Shown piece after piece: positions 59,703-64,000 of a stretch of 64,000 nt of DNA. Below the pieces are notes generated by a model. It worked only from the letters and a program-made list of their open reading frames with translations. It made no database searches and was not told where the DNA came from. This DNA comes from Sedimentisphaerales bacterium (GTDB taxonomy: Bacteria; Planctomycetota; Phycisphaerae; Sedimentisphaerales; SM23-30): NCBI GenBank assembly GCA_963663965.2, contig CAXXFK010000018.1, forward strand, positions 32,001 to 96,000. Reading direction: 5' to 3'. A program made the position numbers and the translations under genes. The stretch's first letter is position 1. Each line of letters opens with the position of its first letter.

Positions 59703-61661
59703 ATGAGGCTGAAGATCAGAGAGAAGTTTTTGTTCCCCACGATTATTCTACTGGTTATCGGAATGAGTATCGCCGGGTATGTTTCGTATCGAATAGCCCG
59801 TAACGCGCTGGCCGAGTCGGTGCTTTCCGAAAAGACCCAACTGGTGAAGTCAACGAACAACATGCTCAAATCGTGGCTGGATACCATGGTGATCACCTTG
59901 CAGAGTTGGAGAGTCGACGACCTCTTTGCCAGGTCTCTGGACGGGTCCGTTGAGGGGCAGGCGGCGCGAGAAGCCGCCAACGCCAAATTGGTCAACTATG
60001 TGAAATCGTACGGGTGTTTTGAAACCCTGAATGTTGTCAACAAGGCCGGTGATATTGTCGCATCCAGCGAACAAAGCATTATTGGTAAAATCAATCTGGC
60101 CGACCGGGCGTATTTTGGCGAGTCGATGAATGGCAAGACTGCTGTCACCGACGCGTTGATCAGCAAAAATACCGGGAATCCGATTGTGGTGATTTCCGCG
60201 CCGATAGAGGTAAACGGGAGCATCACAGGGATTATCATTTCGGTGATCGATCTGGCGGTATTCAGCCAACAGTTTATTGAGCCGATAAAAATCGGCGAGA
60301 CCGGGTATCTGGCGTTGATGAATAGCACCGGCAAGCTGATCGCGCATCCCAAGAAAGAGTGGATTCTCAGTAAGGATTTTACCGACCAGGACTGGTATCA
60401 GGCCATTTTGCAGAAGAAAAGCGGGCATATTTATTATAATTTGTCCGGGACTGATAAAGTGGCCGCGTTTGAACATTATCCGGAACGTGACTGGTACCTG
60501 ATCGCCACGGCCAATCAGGATGAAGCCTTTGCCGCGATTAAGGAACTGGCCTATTCCAGCCTGGGCGTGAGTGTTGGCCTGGTGGTGGTCATGCTGGCGG
60601 TGATCGGGATTCTGACCAGCCTTTTCATTATCAAGCCGATTTCCAGAATGAGTGATCGATTGCAGGATATTGCCCAGGGAGAAGGGGATCTGACCCAACG
60701 ACTGGAGGTGAAGTCGCAGGATGAGATCGGTGAACTGGCCGGCTGGTTTAACCGTTTTATTGAAAAGCTGCAAGGGATTATCCGGCAGATTGCCGAAAAT
60801 ACCCGGACGCTGACCGAATCGTCCATGGCGCTTTCTACGACGGCCAGTCAACTTGCCAGCGGGGCTGAAGAGACCACGAATCAATCCAACGGGGTGGCCG
60901 CGGCCGCGGAAGAGATGTCGGTCAATATGAATACGATGTCGGCATCAACGGAACAGATGACCGCGAACATGAAATCGGTGGCCGCGGCGGTTGAAGAAAT
61001 GACCGCCAGCATCAGCGATGTGGCCAAGAATGCCGGGCAGGCCTCCCAGATTGCCAGTCAGGCGACCAGTCTGGCAGACGCCTCCAATGAGAAAATTGGA
61101 TACCTGGGGGCAGCGGCTGATGAGATCGGCAAAGTGATCGAAGTGATTCAGGACATTGCCGAACAGACCAATCTGCTGGCATTGAACGCCACCATTGAAG
61201 CGGCCCGGGCCGGAGAAGCGGGAAAAGGATTTGCCGTTGTTGCCACGGAGGTGAAGGAACTGGCCAAACAGACTGCCGAGGCGACGGAAGATATCAGCAA
61301 GCGTATTACCGCCATCCAGAACACCACGGGGGATTCCGTGGAATCCATCAGTAAAATCAGCGAAGTGATCAGACACGTCAATGAGGTTTCAAACGCGATT
61401 GCCTCGGCGGTTGAAGAACAAAATATTACGACGCGGGAAATCGCCCAGAATGTGGCCCAGGTTGCTTCTGTGTCAGAAACCGTGGCCCTGGGGGTTTCTG
61501 ATTCCGCTACCGCCAGTCAGGAGATTACGCGTAATATTGCCGGGGTGGACAGTGCCGCCCGGCAAACTGCCCAGGGGGCCACTCAAACTCAGGCCGCCGG
61601 CGCGGAACTCTCGAAAGTGTCTGAAGGGCTGCAGGCCCTTGTGGGGCAATTTAAGTTCTGA
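59703..61661 (+). CDS. methyl-accepting chemotaxis protein (dCache, HAMP)
   Basis: TM-dCache-TM-HAMP (GEGDLT.RL...DEIGEL); [43 protein letters not shown]. Confidence 0.95.
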   Translation: MRLKIREKFLFPTIILLVIGMSIAGYVSYRIARNALAESVLSEKTQLVKSTNNMLKSWLDTMVITLQSWRVDDLFARSLDGSVEGQAAREAANAKLVNYVKSYGCFETLNVVNKAGDIVASSEQSIIGKINLADRAYFGESMNGKTAVTDALISKNTGNPIVVISAPIEVNGSITGIIISVIDLAVFSQQFIEPIKIGETGYLALMNSTGKLIAHPKKEWILSKDFTDQDWYQAILQKKSGHIYYNLSGTDKVAAFEHYPERDWYLIATANQDEAFAAIKELAYSSLGVSVGLVVVMLAVIGILTSLFIIKPISRMSDRLQDIAQGEGDLTQRLEVKSQDEIGELAGWFNRFIEKLQGIIRQIAENTRTLTESSMALSTTASQLASGAEETTNQSNGVAAAAEEMSVNMNTMSASTEQMTANMKSVAAAVEEMTASISDVAKNAGQASQIASQATSLADASNEKIGYLGAAADEIGKVIEVIQDIAEQTNLLALNATIEAARAGEAGKGFAVVATEVKELAKQTAEATEDISKRITAIQNTTGDSVESISKISEVIRHVNEVSNAIASAVEEQNITTREIAQNVAQVASVSETVALGVSDSATASQEITRNIAGVDSAARQTAQGATQTQAAGAELSKVSEGLQALVGQFKF

Positions 61662-61704
61662 TTTCGCGCGGTTTCCAAGTAAGATTCGAAGGCAATGTAA
61701 CTTG

Positions 61705-61736
61705 ATGGCTGACATGACGATGTCGGCCATTTTTTT
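61705..61736 (+). terminator. rho-independent terminator
   Basis: ATGGCTGACAT-gacg-ATGTCGGCCAT followed by a T run. Confidence 0.75.
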
Positions 61737-62001
61737 AGCAGACGCCCCCGGGCTTATCCGTCGTCTGGATTTTTCCATGAATTAGAGTCGGCCAGCAATG
61801 AAGCACTACGCGGTCATCCAATTCGACTGGAATCCTGGCAGTTATCGCGGTGTCCTCAGTTGGAATCATGCCCGATAAACCTATTGGCGGTCAATATAGC
61901 GCCACGGGCGGATTTTGCTTGTATTGGGTCTCTCGATGGGTTATAATGATGGTTTGCATTGGAGACCCGAAAGAAGAATACTATTATTATTGAAGGAGAA
62001 A

Positions 62002-62721
62002 ATGATGAAGAGAATGTCTGTATGTGTCGGTATGTTTTTACTGGCGGCGATATTGTGTCCGATAAGTATGGCCCACGCGGGTGTTACGTATTATTGGACG
62101 GACTGGACGGACGCGACGACCGGTCTGGCGGGATCGGCAGATGGTTCGATCGCAACCGGGAGCGAGACGATTGGTATCAGTTATACTGGTGAGGTTAATT
62201 TTGCCCAGACCAATAGTGGGACCAATTACTGGACCGGTCTGAAAAATGGCGGCAGTACGCCGGCCACAACTTACACGGCCGCCGGCCTGGTGGATAACGG
62301 CCCGGTCAGCAGCGATATTATCAGCCTCAAGGGCGGTAACCAGATTGTTAATACAATTACCTTTTCACAGGCAGTTGTTGATCCGGTACTGGCCATTATG
62401 AGTATGGGACAAAATTCTGTACCGGTTAAATATTACTTTGACACACCGTTTGATGTGTTAAGTTTTGGCCAGGGTTACTGGGGCAACGGCACGTTGGCCG
62501 AAGATGCCGGTAATGTGTTATTGGGTTATGAAGGTCATGGTATTATCCAGTTAAAAGGGACTTATACCGCCATCAGCTGGACCTGTCCGACATTTGAAAA
62601 CTGGCACGGCTTTACCGTGGGTGTCGCGGGCGCGGCTATGCCGGCGGTTCCGGCACCGGGCGCTTTGATCCTGAGCGGACTGGGCTCTGGCCTGGTAGGC
62701 TGGATACGTCGCAAGAAATAA
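62002..62721 (+). CDS. secreted protein with PEP-CTERM-like VPAPGA sorting signal
   Basis: GAAGGAG RBS; signal peptide ending AHA; C-terminus VPAPGALILSGLGSGLVGWIRRKK. Confidence 0.85.
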   Translation: MMKRMSVCVGMFLLAAILCPISMAHAGVTYYWTDWTDATTGLAGSADGSIATGSETIGISYTGEVNFAQTNSGTNYWTGLKNGGSTPATTYTAAGLVDNGPVSSDIISLKGGNQIVNTITFSQAVVDPVLAIMSMGQNSVPVKYYFDTPFDVLSFGQGYWGNGTLAEDAGNVLLGYEGHGIIQLKGTYTAISWTCPTFENWHGFTVGVAGAAMPAVPAPGALILSGLGSGLVGWIRRKK

Positions 62722-62755
62722 GAATCGCATTAAGTTACGTTCAGAAACAATGATC

Positions 62756-62782
62756 AAGCTCGTCTTTTTGGCGGGCTTTTTT
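62756..62782 (+). terminator. rho-independent terminator
   Basis: AAGCTCGTC-ttttt-GGCGGGCTTTTTT. Confidence 0.7.
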
Positions 62783-63091
62783 AATGCGCGAAGAATTCCG
62801 GCAATATTGGGCGGCCCATGCGAATATATTGTGAAATGATGGATTATTCGTGTTATTTTCGCATGGGAAACAGTCACTTAGGCTATGAGAAGCCCAGAGC
62901 AGTGGAAAAACAAAGGATGGCATCGAATTTTCGGTAGATCATGGATTGATAAAAGTCGATGAGATTGCTATAATAATTTATTCCAACAGGATTTGAAGAG
63001 AATCAATCATGCCTTATTCCTGCTTAGCCTGCCTCATCATGAGTCCCCCCTTAGATTTAATCTCCCTTATTGATCTCCCGAGGAATGAACA

Positions 63092-64000
63092 ATGACGTTA
63101 ACTTTGAGAACTATTCTGACGGTTTTATGTTTTGTGTCTGCCGGTATGCCATTGTGCGCGGCGCCCTATTTTGGCGAAGAGACAACGGCGTTACAGCCGG
63201 ATGGGACGTCGGTGACGGTGGTGTTGTGGGGAGATGAATATTATATTCGGGCGGAGACACCGGATGGGTATACGGTGGTGCGCGATCCGGAGACCGGGTG
63301 GATCTGTTACGCGGAGTTGAATGCAGATGGGAGCGACATGTTGTCGACAGGATTGCCCTATGAAGGGGAATCGCTGGAGAGTGGGGTGACGACGGGGAAT
63401 GGGGCCGTGGGCAGTCAGGCACAGATCAAGATTCAGGTGCGGCGCGAGCGGATGCGGGGTGTGGGTAAGAAGATCGATTTGAAACGGGACGCGCGTCTGG
63501 CGAAGGTGCAGGAGAACCGGCGGTTATTGATGGGTGAGCGTTATGACGAGGAGACAGGCATGGTGCTGGCGGCGCCGGGTGATGAGTCGGGCGTGATCAT
63601 ACTGGGAGAGGCGCCAGCGATTGAACCGGCATTGACCGGGACGATGACCGGGTTGACACTGCTGGTGGATTTTCCGGATTTACGCGGGACGATTCCCCGG
63701 GAGGCTATCGATGATTATTGCAACACGCCGGGCTATACCGGCTATAGCAACAACGGCTCGGTGCGGGATTATTTTTATGATATTTCCAATGGGAAACTGA
63801 CCTATCTCAACACTGTGACTGAATATTATACCGCCAGGAACAGCCGGTCTTATTATACAGATGAGTCGATTGGTTATGGCACCCGGGCGCAGGAATTGAT
63901 TAAAGAGGCGCTGGATTATCTGGAGAGTCAGAACTTTAATTTTTCTCAGATTACGGTCAAGAATGGCCGGTTTCAGGCTTTGAACGTCTTTTACGCGGGC
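63092..64000 (+). CDS. M6 family (immune inhibitor A-like) metalloprotease, N-terminal part (runs off the window)
   Basis: Translated by hand: signal peptide, QPDG......WGDEYY....T.DGYT, LVDFPD and NNGSVRDYFYDISNG; no stop seen before the window end. Confidence 0.82.
   Translation, partial: MTLTLRTILTVLCFVSAGMPLCAAPYFGEETTALQPDGTSVTVVLWGDEYYIRAETPDGYTVVRDPETGWICYAELNADGSDMLSTGLPYEGESLESGVTTGNGAVGSQAQIKIQVRRERMRGVGKKIDLKRDARLAKVQENRRLLMGERYDEETGMVLAAPGDESGVIILGEAPAIEPALTGTMTGLTLLVDFPDLRGTIPREAIDDYCNTPGYTGYSNNGSVRDYFYDISNGKLTYLNTVTEYYTARNSRSYYTDESIGYGTRAQELIKEALDYLESQNFNFSQITVKNGRFQALNVFYAG

Overview
64 kb of bacterial chromosome, probably Planctomycetota (Phycisphaerae/Sedimentisphaerales-like). 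That assignment is inferred from a LEPR-xLL secreted protein, VPAPGA-type sorting signals, several sulfatases and a XylR-type regulator. Most of the window is ordinary metabolism and envelope: panD, lgt, GntP permease, sugar dehydrogenases, three sulfatases, a Firmicutes-like glycerophosphodiester/G3P cluster with GlpP and two matching attenuators, ftsW/rodA, PLD, an ECF sigma locus, MscS, an MCP and an M6 protease. The best candidate for an undescribed system is an AT-rich island at about 52.55-59.07 kb. It carries XRE controller-C5 methyltransferase-Vsr, convergent with a four-gene operon (small helical protein, GHKL-like ATPase, two unknown proteins), and has no recognisable restriction endonuclease. 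Other observations: two 178-bp MITE copies with 3-bp target duplications, a 244-bp MITE inserted in the loop of a REP-like palindrome, a mosaic tandem triplet of DUF2310 genes, a leaderless XRE-ACP operon, and an array of short triple repeats. The 7.3-13.3 kb segment is dense in frameshifts that are probably sequencing errors. No rRNA, tRNA, CRISPR array or intact transposase/integrase was seen. Family names come from motif recognition only; no database search was run.
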